Positions 54,745-64,000 of a stretch of DNA of 64,000 bases are shown here, one piece after another. The stretch comes from Gammaproteobacteria bacterium. GTDB lineage: Bacteria > Pseudomonadota > Gammaproteobacteria > Arenicellales > Poriferihabitantaceae. The translations under genes were made by a program, and so were the position numbers. The notes beneath the pieces were generated by a model. It did not search any database and was not told the DNA's origin. It saw nothing but the letters and a program-made list of their open reading frames with translations. The DNA is taken from positions 2,863-66,862 of the forward strand of contig JAPPPS010000006.1 in the NCBI GenBank assembly GCA_028817405.1, in the 5' to 3' direction. How positions within the stretch are numbered: position 1 is the stretch's first letter; every line of letters begins with the position of its first letter.

Positions 54745-55698
54745 ATGAACACCACCGCTTCCAACATCGATGATGCCGCCCGCGCGCGGCGCAGTTTTAT
54801 TTTTACGCCGGGGTTGCGCCCGGATATGTTCCCGAAGGCGCTTGCCGGCGGCGCGGACATGGTTTGCGTGGAGTTGGAAGACGGCATCGCGCCGAAGGAT
54901 AAAGTCGAAGCGCGGCGCAAGGGGTTGGCGTTGTTCGCCGGGGCCGGCGGCGGCGTTGAGTCGACCGGCGACACCGTTAAATCGGGCGGCGCCGAATCAA
55001 CCGGCGACATCGCCGAGTCAAACCGTGATGTGGAATGCATCGTGCGCATCAATTCTCTCGCCACCGCTTTTGGTCTCGACGATGTGCAGGCGGTGTTGGC
55101 GGCGAGCGCCATCGATGCGCCGCCGGCGTTGATGCTGCCGAAGGTCAAGTCGCCGGATGAAATCGTGTGGCTGGATGACTTGCTGACCGAACGCGGCCAC
55201 GCTTGCCGGCTGCACATCATCATCGAGACCAACGAAGGATTGGAAGCCGCGCACGACATCGCCCACGCATCGGCGCGCATCGACGCGTTGTTCTTCGGCG
55301 GCATCGACATGGCGGCGGAGTTGCGCTGCAAAAGCGCGTGGCAGCCGCTGTTGTATGCGCGGTCGCGAGTGGTGCATGCCGCGGCATCGGCCGGCGTCGA
55401 TGTCATCGATGTGCCGTATCTTGACTTGCAGGACGCGGCCGGCATGACGCGCGAAGCGGAGTTGGCGCGCGACTTGGGATTCTGCGGCAAGGGCGCGATT
55501 CATCCGAAGCAAATCGACGCCATCAACCGCGTGTTCACGCCGGATAAAGCGGCCATCGACAAAGCGCGCAAAGTTTTGAAAGCGTTCGATGAAGCCGACA
55601 CCGGTCTGGTGGTGGTCGACGGCAAACTCATCGAAGCGCCGGTGCTGCGTGAGATGCGCCGCATCATGGCGGTGGCGGAACGGGTGGCGGAACGGTGA
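54745..55698 (+). CDS. CitE/malyl-CoA lyase family CoA-ester lyase
   Basis: RRSFIFTPG, ELEDG, VRIN, PKV, IIET, GKGAIHPKQI, VDGKLIE.PV. Confidence 0.9.
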   Translation: MNTTASNIDDAARARRSFIFTPGLRPDMFPKALAGGADMVCVELEDGIAPKDKVEARRKGLALFAGAGGGVESTGDTVKSGGAESTGDIAESNRDVECIVRINSLATAFGLDDVQAVLAASAIDAPPALMLPKVKSPDEIVWLDDLLTERGHACRLHIIIETNEGLEAAHDIAHASARIDALFFGGIDMAAELRCKSAWQPLLYARSRVVHAAASAGVDVIDVPYLDLQDAAGMTREAELARDLGFCGKGAIHPKQIDAINRVFTPDKAAIDKARKVLKAFDEADTGLVVVDGKLIEAPVLREMRRIMAVAERVAER

Positions 55699-55859
55699 CG
55701 GTCAACGCGCGACGGTGAACGATGCGCGCGCCGGGCGTCAAACACCAAATGACAACACCGCGACAACACCGCAACAACACCGTCGCGCCGCTGAACAACA
55801 AATAACAAACAACAAACGACAAAACAACACCGCATATTTTTTTATCGCCGCACAACCCA

Positions 55860-56966
55860 TCAAGCAAACGGCAACACCGTCAGCGTCGCGCCGATGCGCG
55901 CGTCGCCCTTCACCACTTCCACGCGCATGCCGGCCGTCATGTCGCGCGCCACCAAACCGAAGCCGATGTTGCGCGCCAACCGGTATGACCAGATGCCGCA
56001 AGTCATGTCGCCGACTTTGCGGCCGTCGACGGTGATGTCATACCACAACGGATGCGGCGGCGCCGGCGCATCACCGTCGAGAATAACGCCGAGTTGATGG
56101 CGCGCCGGACCGTCGCGACGAATACGGCGCAACGCATCGATGCCGACCACCTCATCCGCGCCGTCGAAGTCCAAGTCGACAAACTTGCCCAAGCGCACTT
56201 CAAACGGATTGGTCGCGTCATCGGTGTCGCCGCCCCACGACAACAAGCCGCTCTCGATGCGCTCGTTCGCGTTCGGACTGCCGGCCGCGATGTCCCACGC
56301 CGCGCCGGCCTCGGCCACCGTGTTCCACAACCGCATGCCATGCGCGCGGTCGAGAAGATAAATCTCAAACCCGCCTTGCTTCGACCAACCGGAACGCGCC
56401 AACAACAGCGGCATGCGGTCCAAGTCGGCGCGGCGAAAGTGAAAGTATTTCATGCCGCGCGTCCACTCGCCGAACAGCGCGGCGATGACCTCCGCCGCCT
56501 GCGGCCCCTGCACCGCCAACGGCGAAACATCCGGCTCGGTGACCGCAGCATCCAGCCGGCGCTCGGCGGCGATGGCGCGCGCCCAAAACAAAATATTGGA
56601 ATCGGCGATGGAAAACCAATAGGTGTCGTCGTCCAACTTCAACGCAATCGGGTCGTTGATGAGCGCGCCCGCGTGGTTGCAGAGCGCGACATACTTGCCC
56701 TGCCCGGCCGCGCAACGCGACAAATCGCGCGGCGCAAGAATCTGCGCCAACTTGCCGGCGTCCGGCCCGCGCAACTCAACCTGCCGCTGCGCCGCGACAT
56801 CCCACATCGACACGCCGCGCCGCAGCCGCCAATACTCGCCCTCCGGGTCGCCGTAGCCGGCCGGCAGCAGCATGTGGTTGTAAGTCGTAAACCCGGCCGC
56901 GCCCGCGGACACGGTCGCCTCAAAAAACGGCGACCGACGAATGCGAGTATGCGGGGTGAATTGCAT
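55860..56966 (-). CDS. GcvT-family aminomethyltransferase, DmdA (DMSP demethylase)-like
   Basis: RIRRSPF..YNHMLLP..WDVAAQRQVELRGPDA, INDP, RSGWSKQGGFEIYL, ERIESGLLSWG. Confidence 0.8.
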   Translation of the reverse strand: MQFTPHTRIRRSPFFEATVSAGAAGFTTYNHMLLPAGYGDPEGEYWRLRRGVSMWDVAAQRQVELRGPDAGKLAQILAPRDLSRCAAGQGKYVALCNHAGALINDPIALKLDDDTYWFSIADSNILFWARAIAAERRLDAAVTEPDVSPLAVQGPQAAEVIAALFGEWTRGMKYFHFRRADLDRMPLLLARSGWSKQGGFEIYLLDRAHGMRLWNTVAEAGAAWDIAAGSPNANERIESGLLSWGGDTDDATNPFEVRLGKFVDLDFDGADEVVGIDALRRIRRDGPARHQLGVILDGDAPAPPHPLWYDITVDGRKVGDMTCGIWSYRLARNIGFGLVARDMTAGMRVEVVKGDARIGATLTVLPFA

Positions 56967-57217
56967 GGGCGGTGTCGGAAATGTTGTCGTTCGGTAGCGT
57001 GTCGGCGACTCAGCGGCGCGCAAAGCCGCGGCATGGAACAAGCGCGATGTCGGCGCGGCGCGACCGGATTATGCGTCAAAACCTTGCGCATGTTAAATGT
57101 TAAAACCGCGCGGCGGATTCGGGCGGACTCAAACGAACCCGGCGAACCCAGGTCAACTTAGGCGAACTCAAACCGCCGGCCCGTGGTCGCGCGCGCTTGA
57201 TGGTGTAGCATATCGGC

Positions 57218-58765
57218 ATGAAATATCTGCCGTTGCATCACGACTTCGTCGGTCGCCGTTGTTTGGTGGTCGGCGGCGGGCGGGTCGCGGCGCGGCGCGC
57301 GGCGCGGGTTATCGACGCCGGCGGGCGCGTGGATGTGGTCGCGGTCGCGGCCGGCGATGAACTCAAACGCCAAGTGGAAGCGGCCGGCGGCACGGTACAG
57401 TTGCGCGCGTTCGCGCCCAGCGACTTGGACGGCGCGGCGGTAGCGTCGGCCGCATCGCCATCGCCGGCCACACCGTCATCGCCGGCATCATCGCCATCAC
57501 CGGCATCATCGCCCGCGTCGCCCCCATCGAACCCGTCGGACCCATCACCCGCGGCAACCCCATCACCCGCATCGCCCCCGTCACAGTACCAATTGGTCAT
57601 CGCCGCCACCGACGACCGCGCGGTCAACCGCCGAGTCGCGGCCGAGTGCAATCGGCGCGGTCTCCCGGTCAATGTCGTCGACGATGCGCGGTTGTGCGAT
57701 GTCGTGTTTCCGCTCACCATCGACCGCGACCCCATCACCATCAGCGTGGCCAGCGGCGCCGCCTCGCCGACCCTCGCGCGGCTGCTCGGCGCGCGCATCC
57801 AGTCGTTGCTGCCGTCCGGCTACGGCGAGTTGGCGCGCTTGGTCAGTCGCTTTCGCAAACAAGCGCAAGCGCGCATCCCGGACACCGCCGCGCGCATCAA
57901 ATTCTGGGAAGACATCCTGCAAGGCGTGGTCGCCGAGAGCGTATTCTCCGGCCAGTTCGACGAAGCCGAACGGTTGTTGACGCAAGCCTTGGAATCGCCG
58001 GCGCATGCGACCGGCGCAGCCGGCAAAATCGGCGAGGTCTATCTCATCGGCGCCGGCCCCGGCGACCCCGACCTGCTCACCTTGCGCGCGTTCCGCCTGC
58101 TGCAGTCGGCCGATGTGGTGTTATACGACCGCTTAGTCGCGCCGGAAATCTTGCGCATGCTGCGCGCCGACACCGAGTCCATCTATGTCGGCAAACAACG
58201 CGCCGCGCATGCGCTGCCGCAGCCCGGCATCAACCGCATGCTGAGCGATTATGCGCGCGCCGGCAAACGCGTGGCGCGGCTGAAAGGCGGCGACCCATTC
58301 ATCTTCGGCCGCGGCGGCGAGGAAATCGAACACTTGGCGGATGAGGGAATTCCGTTTCAAGTCATCCCCGGCATCACCGCGGCCAGCGGCTGCGCCAGTT
58401 ACGCCGGCATCCCGCTGACGCATCGCGAGCACGCGCAGTCGGTGCGCTTCGTCACCGGCCAGTTGCAGGACGGCAGCGTCAACCTCGACTGGGAATCGTT
58501 GGTCGCGCCGGGCCAAACCTTGGTGTTCTACATGAGTTTGAACGGCTTGCCGCTCATTTGCGAGAAGTTGCTCGCGTTCGGCTTGTCGCCCAGTTTGCCG
58601 GTGGCGTTGATTGAAAAAGGCACCACGCTGCGCCAGAAAGTTTATGTCAGCACCTTAGGCGAGATGCGCGCCGAGTTAACCCGCGCCGCCCCCCGCGCCC
58701 CCACCCTCTTCATCGCCGGCAAAGTCGTCTCCCTCCGCCGCAAGTTGAATTGGTTTGGGACATGA
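57218..58765 (+). CDS. cysG: siroheme synthase
   Basis: VVGGGRVA, VNVVD, GAGPGDPDLLT, RLKGGDPFIFGRGGEE, GIPLTHR. Confidence 0.96.
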   Translation: MKYLPLHHDFVGRRCLVVGGGRVAARRAARVIDAGGRVDVVAVAAGDELKRQVEAAGGTVQLRAFAPSDLDGAAVASAASPSPATPSSPASSPSPASSPASPPSNPSDPSPAATPSPASPPSQYQLVIAATDDRAVNRRVAAECNRRGLPVNVVDDARLCDVVFPLTIDRDPITISVASGAASPTLARLLGARIQSLLPSGYGELARLVSRFRKQAQARIPDTAARIKFWEDILQGVVAESVFSGQFDEAERLLTQALESPAHATGAAGKIGEVYLIGAGPGDPDLLTLRAFRLLQSADVVLYDRLVAPEILRMLRADTESIYVGKQRAAHALPQPGINRMLSDYARAGKRVARLKGGDPFIFGRGGEEIEHLADEGIPFQVIPGITAASGCASYAGIPLTHREHAQSVRFVTGQLQDGSVNLDWESLVAPGQTLVFYMSLNGLPLICEKLLAFGLSPSLPVALIEKGTTLRQKVYVSTLGEMRAELTRAAPRAPTLFIAGKVVSLRRKLNWFGT

Positions 58766-58816
58766 AAGCATCGCAGATTGTCCGCGCTTGTTATAGTCGC
58801 GGGAATCGTGAATGTT

Positions 58817-59908
58817 ATGCGTGACAAATCCACTGCATCTGACGCGGCTGGCGGCAAGGGCGGCGACGGTTCTGGCGGCGGCGACTCGGCTGCCGGCGTC
58901 GACGCCACCGTCGGCGGCGCGTTTTTTCGGCGCGCTTTTTGTCTTGACGGGCGCGTGGCGGTGGTCACCGGCGCGTCATCGGGGTTGGGCGCGCACATGG
59001 CCGCGACTTTGGCGCGGGCCGGGTGCAAGGTGGCGCTGGCGGCGCGGCGCGCGGCGCGTCTGGAGGCGGTGGCCGAGTCCATCGCCGAGGTCATCGCCGA
59101 CGCCACCGACACCGGCACCGTCGCCAACACCAACGCCAGCGCCAACACCAACACTGTCGCCAACGCCGGCACCGTCGCCAACGCCAACACCGTCGCCAAC
59201 ACCAACGCCGGCACCAACACCGGCGCCAACGCCACCGACACCGGCGCGGCGGCCGACACTGGCACCGTCGCCGGCACCGGCACCGGCACCACCACCGCGG
59301 TCGAAAGCAACAGCCGCCTCTTGACGGTAACCATGGATGTGCGCGAGCGCGATGCGGTGGAGGCGGCGTTTGCGCGCATCGACGCGCATTTCGGCCGCGT
59401 CGATATTCTGGTCAACAACGCCGGGGTGGCCGCGCCGCGGCGGTTCTTGGACATGAGCGAGGCCGAGTGGCAAGGCGTGGTGGACACCGATTTGAGCGCG
59501 GTGTGGCGGGTCGGCCAGGCGGCGGCGCGGCGGATGGTCGCGCAGGATTCCGGCGGCGCAATTATCAACATCGCCTCCATGCTTGGCGTCGGCGTGCAGC
59601 GCGGGCAGGCGAACTACGGCGCGGCCAAGGCCGGGGTGATTCAACTCACGCGCAGCATGGCGTTGGAACTGGCGCGCCATGGGGTGCGCGTGAATGCGCT
59701 GGCGCCGGGCTATTTCGCCACCGAAATGAACCGCGAGTTTTTGGAAAGCGCGCGCGGCCGGGAATATGTCGCGGGGTTGTTGCCGGGCCGCGCCGGCCGC
59801 CTGCACGAACTGGACGGCGCGCTGTTGTTGTTGGCCAGCGACGCCGGCGGTTATATCAACGGCAGCGTGCTGAGCGTCGACGGTGGCGCGCTACTCGGCG
59901 GTTTGTGA
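58817..59908 (+). CDS. short-chain dehydrogenase/reductase with low-complexity insertion
   Basis: [24 protein letters not shown]; start uncertain. Confidence 0.9.
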   Translation: MRDKSTASDAAGGKGGDGSGGGDSAAGVDATVGGAFFRRAFCLDGRVAVVTGASSGLGAHMAATLARAGCKVALAARRAARLEAVAESIAEVIADATDTGTVANTNASANTNTVANAGTVANANTVANTNAGTNTGANATDTGAAADTGTVAGTGTGTTTAVESNSRLLTVTMDVRERDAVEAAFARIDAHFGRVDILVNNAGVAAPRRFLDMSEAEWQGVVDTDLSAVWRVGQAAARRMVAQDSGGAIINIASMLGVGVQRGQANYGAAKAGVIQLTRSMALELARHGVRVNALAPGYFATEMNREFLESARGREYVAGLLPGRAGRLHELDGALLLLASDAGGYINGSVLSVDGGALLGGL

Positions 59909-60059
59909 TTGCGCCGGCGTTCAACCGCGGCCGGGGAAACAGGGCGGCGACAACGATAACAACAACACGCGCGGCGGGAAAAATGACGCGAAAAAAACAA
60001 CGCGAAAAAAACAACGCGGAAAAAACCACGCGACCGCGCGACAAAACCAAAAGAAAGGA

Positions 60060-60147
60060 TGGCGGAGAGCGAGGGATTCGAACCCCCGGACCTGTTACAG
60101 TCAACGGTTTTCAAGACCGCCGCATTCGACCGCTCTGCCAGCTCTCC
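60060..60147 (-). tRNA. tRNA-Ser (anticodon UGA)
   Basis: GGAGAGCTGGCAGAGCGGTCGAATGCGGCGGTC-TTGAAA-ACCG...long variable arm...GGTTCGAATCCCTCGCTCTCCGCCA; TATAAT upstream at 60185-60180. Confidence 0.97.
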
Positions 60148-60312
60148 GGTGGCGCGCATCCGTGGGCGCGGATGCGCGGATTATAATCGAACCCCGAATC
60201 GGCGGCCCGGGCGGCCCCGGGCGAATCGGCGCAGGGCAAAACGCAGGGAAAAACCGCGGCGCGCGGCAACCCCGCCCGGCGCCGGTTCCGCCGCCGAGGT
60301 TCGCGCGCGCGG

Positions 60313-60687
60313 TTAACCGCAACCCCGGCAAGCGCGCTGGTCGCCGCTGATGTGGTCGCCCATGCCGGGGTAGTGAAGCGTGCCGCTGTTGTTCAGCATG
60401 GAGTTGATGCGCGCGCGCGCGGCGGCCGAGATGCAGCCGGCCGCTTGCACGCCGGCCAAGTCATCCTCGGTCAACTCTTCGCGGATTGTGTCCACCGCCA
60501 TGTGGCAGGTGTCGGCGCGGTCGGTGACCACCTTGACGGCCACCGTCGCGGCGTCGCCGTCGGCCGGGGCGACGCCGAACGCGGCTAACGCTTCGGGGTC
60601 CAACTTGCGCAGTTTGGCGCGAAACGCCGGGTCAAACATGGCCGCGCGCAGGGCGCGGGTGTCGGTCGGGTTGAGGGCGGTTTGCAT
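60313..60687 (-). CDS. NHLP (nitrile-hydratase-like leader) RiPP precursor 1
   Basis: Leader A.FDPAFR..L...DP.A....G...VKVV.D..DT.H...ELTEDDLAGVQAAG, then a 40-aa core. Confidence 0.8.
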   Translation of the reverse strand: MQTALNPTDTRALRAAMFDPAFRAKLRKLDPEALAAFGVAPADGDAATVAVKVVTDRADTCHMAVDTIREELTEDDLAGVQAAGCISAAARARINSMLNNSGTLHYPGMGDHISGDQRACRGCG

Positions 60688-60726
60688 GGTCTGATTCCTG
60701 GTTTGAATGACCGGCAAAGATAGCAC

Positions 60727-60764
60727 AAATCCCCGCCGCCGGCGCGGACGCCGGAGCGGGGTTT
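60727..60764 (-). terminator. GC hairpin downstream of precursor 2
   Basis: CCCCGC-CCGGCG/CGCCGG-GCGGGG stem, related to the hairpin at 61529-61567. Confidence 0.55.
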
Positions 60765-60911
60765 GGGCCGGTTTTGGCTGGTTGGCGCGGCGCCGATTTG
60801 CGCAGCGCGGGGAATCTTGCGCGGCGCCGGGAATCTTGCGCGGCGCGGGCCGGCCGGGCGCCGGCGCGCCGGGCGTTGCAACGGGGGGTGCGCCGGCGCG
60901 CCGGCCTCGGT

Positions 60912-61262
60912 TTAGCCGCCGCGGTCCTCGGATTGCGGATGGCTGATGTGGTCGCCCATGCCGGGGTAAAACCAACTGTTTTTCATCTGCGCTTTCGCCC
61001 ATTCCTGAGCCGCGCTGCCCGCGGCCGAGATGTTCTCCAAGTCGGCGGCGCTCAGGTTGTCCGGCAACTCGCGCGGCAGCGAGATGTGCAGCGTGTCGCT
61101 GCGGTCGGTGACCACCCGGATTTCCGGCTGGTGGTCTTGCGACAAGCCAAGCATCGCCAGCGCGCTCGGGTCGTTGTCGCGCACTTGCTCGCGGAAGGCC
61201 GGGTCGTACAGGTCTTCCAGGGTGGCCGTGGGGCCGGTGTCGGTTTGCGTGTTCATCGTCAT
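60912..61262 (-). CDS. NHLP RiPP precursor 2
   Basis: GAGG RBS; LYDPAFRE..DP.A....G...IRVV.D..DTLHISLP..LSAADLENISAAG, then a 34-aa core. Confidence 0.85.
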   Translation of the reverse strand: MTMNTQTDTGPTATLEDLYDPAFREQVRDNDPSALAMLGLSQDHQPEIRVVTDRSDTLHISLPRELPDNLSAADLENISAAGSAAQEWAKAQMKNSWFYPGMGDHISHPQSEDRGG

Positions 61263-61528
61263 GTCCTCGTCGGGTTGAAGGGTAAAGGATAAACCGAAGC
61301 GGCTCGTCCTTCCGTTGCGCGCACTTTATAAACGGCGCGCGCGCACTGTAAAGACAAGTTTTTATGCGGCCGGAAAAGGGCGTTATACAGCGGGGAATTG
61401 GCGGAGTGGATTGGCGGGGTTGATTAGCGGGGTTCGCCGCGGCATCGCCGGCGTGGCGGTGCGCGCCCGCTTAACGGAATGCGGGCGTGGCGAGTGGGGG
61501 GCGGTCGCAGCGTGGCGACCCAATACAT

Positions 61529-61567
61529 AAAAAAATCCCCGCGCGGCGCGGACGCCGGGCGGGGATT
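61529..61567 (-). terminator. intrinsic terminator downstream of precursor 3
   Basis: AATCCCCGC...GCGGGGA followed by a T7 tract on the minus strand. Confidence 0.8.
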
Positions 61568-61597
61568 GGCGGTGCGGCGGCGCGGCGCCGCCGGCGC

Positions 61598-61939
61598 TCA
61601 GCCGCCGTGGCCGGGCTTGTTTGCCAGATAGCCCTCGGTGAGGAAGCGGCCGGAGAACAGCGAGCGCACGCGTCGCCAGAACTCATGCCAGCCGATGCCG
61701 GCCGAGATGTTCTCCAAGTCGGCGGCGCTCAGGTTGTCCGGCAACTCGCGCGGCAGCGAGATGTGCAGCGTGTCGCTGCGGTCGGTGACCACCCGGATTT
61801 CCGGCTGGTGGTCTTGCGACAAGCCAAGCATCGCCAGCGCGCTCGGGTCGTTGTCGCGCACTTGCTCGCGGAAGGCCGGGTCGTACAGGTCTTCCAGGGT
61901 GGCCGTGGGGCCGGTGTCGGTTTGCGTGTTCATCGTCAT
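61598..61939 (-). CDS. NHLP RiPP precursor 3
   Basis: Leader identical to precursor 2, ending LENISAG, then a different 32-aa core. Confidence 0.85.
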   Translation of the reverse strand: MTMNTQTDTGPTATLEDLYDPAFREQVRDNDPSALAMLGLSQDHQPEIRVVTDRSDTLHISLPRELPDNLSAADLENISAGIGWHEFWRRVRSLFSGRFLTEGYLANKPGHGG

Positions 61940-62176
61940 GTCCTCGTCGGGATTGAAGGGTAAAGGATAAACCAAAGCGGCTCGTCCTTCGTTGCGCGCA
62001 CTTTATAAATGATGAACGCGCACTGTAAAGAATAGTTTTTATGCTTTGGAAAAAGGCGTTATACACCGGGGGGTTGGGCAAGCGGCGGCGCGACAGATTT
62101 CCGGCCGCCCGATTGAACAAGCAACTTGCGGCGATTTGTGGTGTAATCGCGGGGGTTTTTTATCGTGGGCGATGCC

Positions 62177-62566
62177 ATGAGCAAGCGACAGATTATTCAT
62201 ACCGAGCGCGCGCCGGGGGCGATTGGCGCGTATTCGCAGGCGGTCAAGGCCGGCGATGCGGTGTATATCTCCGGGCAGATTCCGCTCGACCCGGCCACTA
62301 TGGAGTTGGTCGATTCGTCGTTCGACGCCGCGGCGCACCAGTGCTTTCGCAACTTGGCGGCGGTGGCCGAGGCCGCGGGCGGCAGCCTCGACGACGCGGT
62401 CAAGGTGACCATTTTCCTCACCGACCTCGCCAACTTCGCGGCCGTCAACGAGGTGATGGCGGGGTATTTCCGCGAGCCGTATCCGGCCCGGGCCGCGGTC
62501 GGCGTGGCCGCGTTGCCGAAAGGCGCGGCGGTCGAAGTCGAGGCGGTTTTGATGGTCGGCGACTGA
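62177..62566 (+). CDS. ridA: RidA family reactive enamine/imine deaminase
   Basis: [39 protein letters not shown]. Confidence 0.95.
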   Translation: MSKRQIIHTERAPGAIGAYSQAVKAGDAVYISGQIPLDPATMELVDSSFDAAAHQCFRNLAAVAEAAGGSLDDAVKVTIFLTDLANFAAVNEVMAGYFREPYPARAAVGVAALPKGAAVEVEAVLMVGD

Positions 62567-62739
62567 GCGTCGCGTCGCCGCCGAATCGTCGCCGCGTTGC
62601 TGAGTCGCCGCCGCAGAACCGTCGCGCCACCGTCGCCGTCGCCGCTTCACCGTCACTGCCGTCGCAAAACCGTCGAGCCACCGTCGCCGCGCCATCGATT
62701 CGCCGTCGCCACCGTCGCACCGTCGCGCCCCACCCCGCC

Positions 62740-64000
62740 CTGAACGCCTCCTCAAACCCCCTGCTCCGGCTGGACGGCGTCGGCCCGCAGGTGGCCGCCA
62801 AGTTGGCGCGCATCGGCATCGCCGGGCCGCGCGATTTGCTGTTCCACCTACCGTTCCGCTACCAAGACCGCACCCGCATCGCGCGCATCGGTGAGTTGGA
62901 GTTGGGACAAGACGCGGTGGTGTTGGGCCAGGTCGAACTCGCCGACATCGAATACCGGCGGCGGCGCAGTCTGTTGGTCATCGTCAGCGACCAAACTTCG
63001 TCGATGATTCTGCGTTTCTTTCATTTCAGCGCCGCGCAGCAGCGCGCGTTCCAGCGCGGCGCGTGGATAAAATGCTACGGCGAGGTGCGCCAGGGCCGCC
63101 AGTCGTGGGAGATGGTGCACCCGGAATACCGTTTGTACTCGGAGCGCCCGCCGGATGCGGCCGAGGCCGCGCTGACCCCGGTTTATCCCGGCACCGAGGG
63201 CGTAAGCGCCGGCCTGCTGCGCAAGTTGGTGGCGCAAGTGTTGGACAACGAACTCGGCGACTTGCGTGAATGTTTGCCGGCGACGGTGCGCGAGAAGTTT
63301 CAGTTGCCGCCGATTCAAGACGCGCTGCAAACCGTGCACCGCCCGCCGCCGGACGCCGACACCGAAGCGCTGCTTGCCGGCACGCATCCGGCGCAACGAC
63401 GGCTGGCCACCGAGGAACTCCTCGCCCACCACCTCGCGCTGAGTCGCTTCCGCCAGAAACATAAAACCCGTCGCGCGCCGGTGTTTAACGGTGGCGGTGA
63501 CGGTGCCGGCACCGTCAACGCCGGCCGCGCCGGCACCGTCACCACCGGCGGCGACACCGTCAACGCCGGCGCCACAGTCACCGCCGGCGGCGACAGTTGG
63601 CGCAAACTGCAAACTCAACTCGGTTTCCAACTCACCGCCGCGCAGCGCCGGGTCATCGGCGAAGTCCTCGCCGACTTGCAAACCGCGGCCCCGGCCATGC
63701 GCTTGATCCAAGGCGATGTCGGCTGCGGCAAAACCGTGGTCGCGGCGGCCGCGGCGCTGCGCGCCATCGACTCCGGTTATCAAGCGGCGTTGATGGCGCC
63801 GACCGAGTTGCTGTCCGAGCAGCACCGCCGCACTTTCGGCGACTGGTTCGCGCCGCTCAACTTGAGCGTGGAATGGTTGGGCGGGCGCATGCCGGCCGCG
63901 GCGCGCGCGCAGGCGTTGCGGCGCATCGCGTGCGGCGACGCGCAGTTGGTCATCGGCACCCACGCATTATTCCAAGAGAAGGTGGCGTTCCACCGTCTCG
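62740..64000 (+). CDS. recG: ATP-dependent DNA helicase RecG (5' part, runs off window)
   Basis: Frame of 62761: LDGVGPQVAAKL..DLLFHLPFRYQDRT..LRFFHF..MVHPEY..MRLIQGDVGCGKTVV..MAPTELLSEQH..IGTHALFQ; start codon unclear. Confidence 0.95.
   Translation, partial: MNASSNPLLRLDGVGPQVAAKLARIGIAGPRDLLFHLPFRYQDRTRIARIGELELGQDAVVLGQVELADIEYRRRRSLLVIVSDQTSSMILRFFHFSAAQQRAFQRGAWIKCYGEVRQGRQSWEMVHPEYRLYSERPPDAAEAALTPVYPGTEGVSAGLLRKLVAQVLDNELGDLRECLPATVREKFQLPPIQDALQTVHRPPPDADTEALLAGTHPAQRRLATEELLAHHLALSRFRQKHKTRRAPVFNGGGDGAGTVNAGRAGTVTTGGDTVNAGATVTAGGDSWRKLQTQLGFQLTAAQRRVIGEVLADLQTAAPAMRLIQGDVGCGKTVVAAAAALRAIDSGYQAALMAPTELLSEQHRRTFGDWFAPLNLSVEWLGGRMPAAARAQALRRIACGDAQLVIGTHALFQEKVAFHRL

Noticed and set aside
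60060-62072. NHLP cluster as a tRNA-Ser-integrated island
   Set aside because: The cluster lies 5' of the tRNA, no duplicated tRNA 3' end is visible, and there is no integrase.
61022-62072. Diversity-generating retroelement template/variable repeat pair
   Set aside because: The coding repeat is identical rather than differing at adenines, the variable parts are non-homologous, and no reverse transcriptase is present.

Overview
High-GC gammaproteobacterial chromosome segment. Sel1-repeat genes, dense restriction/TA content, a sulfur-oxidiser-type sat and NHLP peptides suggest a marine invertebrate (e.g. sponge) symbiont; this is inference. The core backbone is proA-nudC-dciA, a dcw cluster on the minus strand (mraZ to lpxC, with murB but no ddl), hemW, gcdH, ubiE-ubiJ-ubiB, hemB, an adk-like gene, DAHP synthase, sat, ABC permeases, ggt, a DmdA-like gene, cysG, tRNA-Ser(UGA), ridA and a partial recG. 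Accessory inserts are a Panacea TA pair, a defence hotspot between hemB and DUF971 (MTase+REase, two McrA-like HNH genes, GmrSD-like DUF262) split by a chimeric DUF971'/'hemB junction, two tandem MTases identical except for a swapped central target-recognition region, and a RelE-type TA. The most striking locus is an orphan array of three nitrile-hydratase-leader (NHLP/proteusin-type) RiPP precursor genes whose leader and core modules appear shuffled. Many core genes also carry in-frame low-complexity insertions built from one short DNA motif (GGYGACGGT/ACCGTCRCC). All family calls are by motif recognition, not database search.
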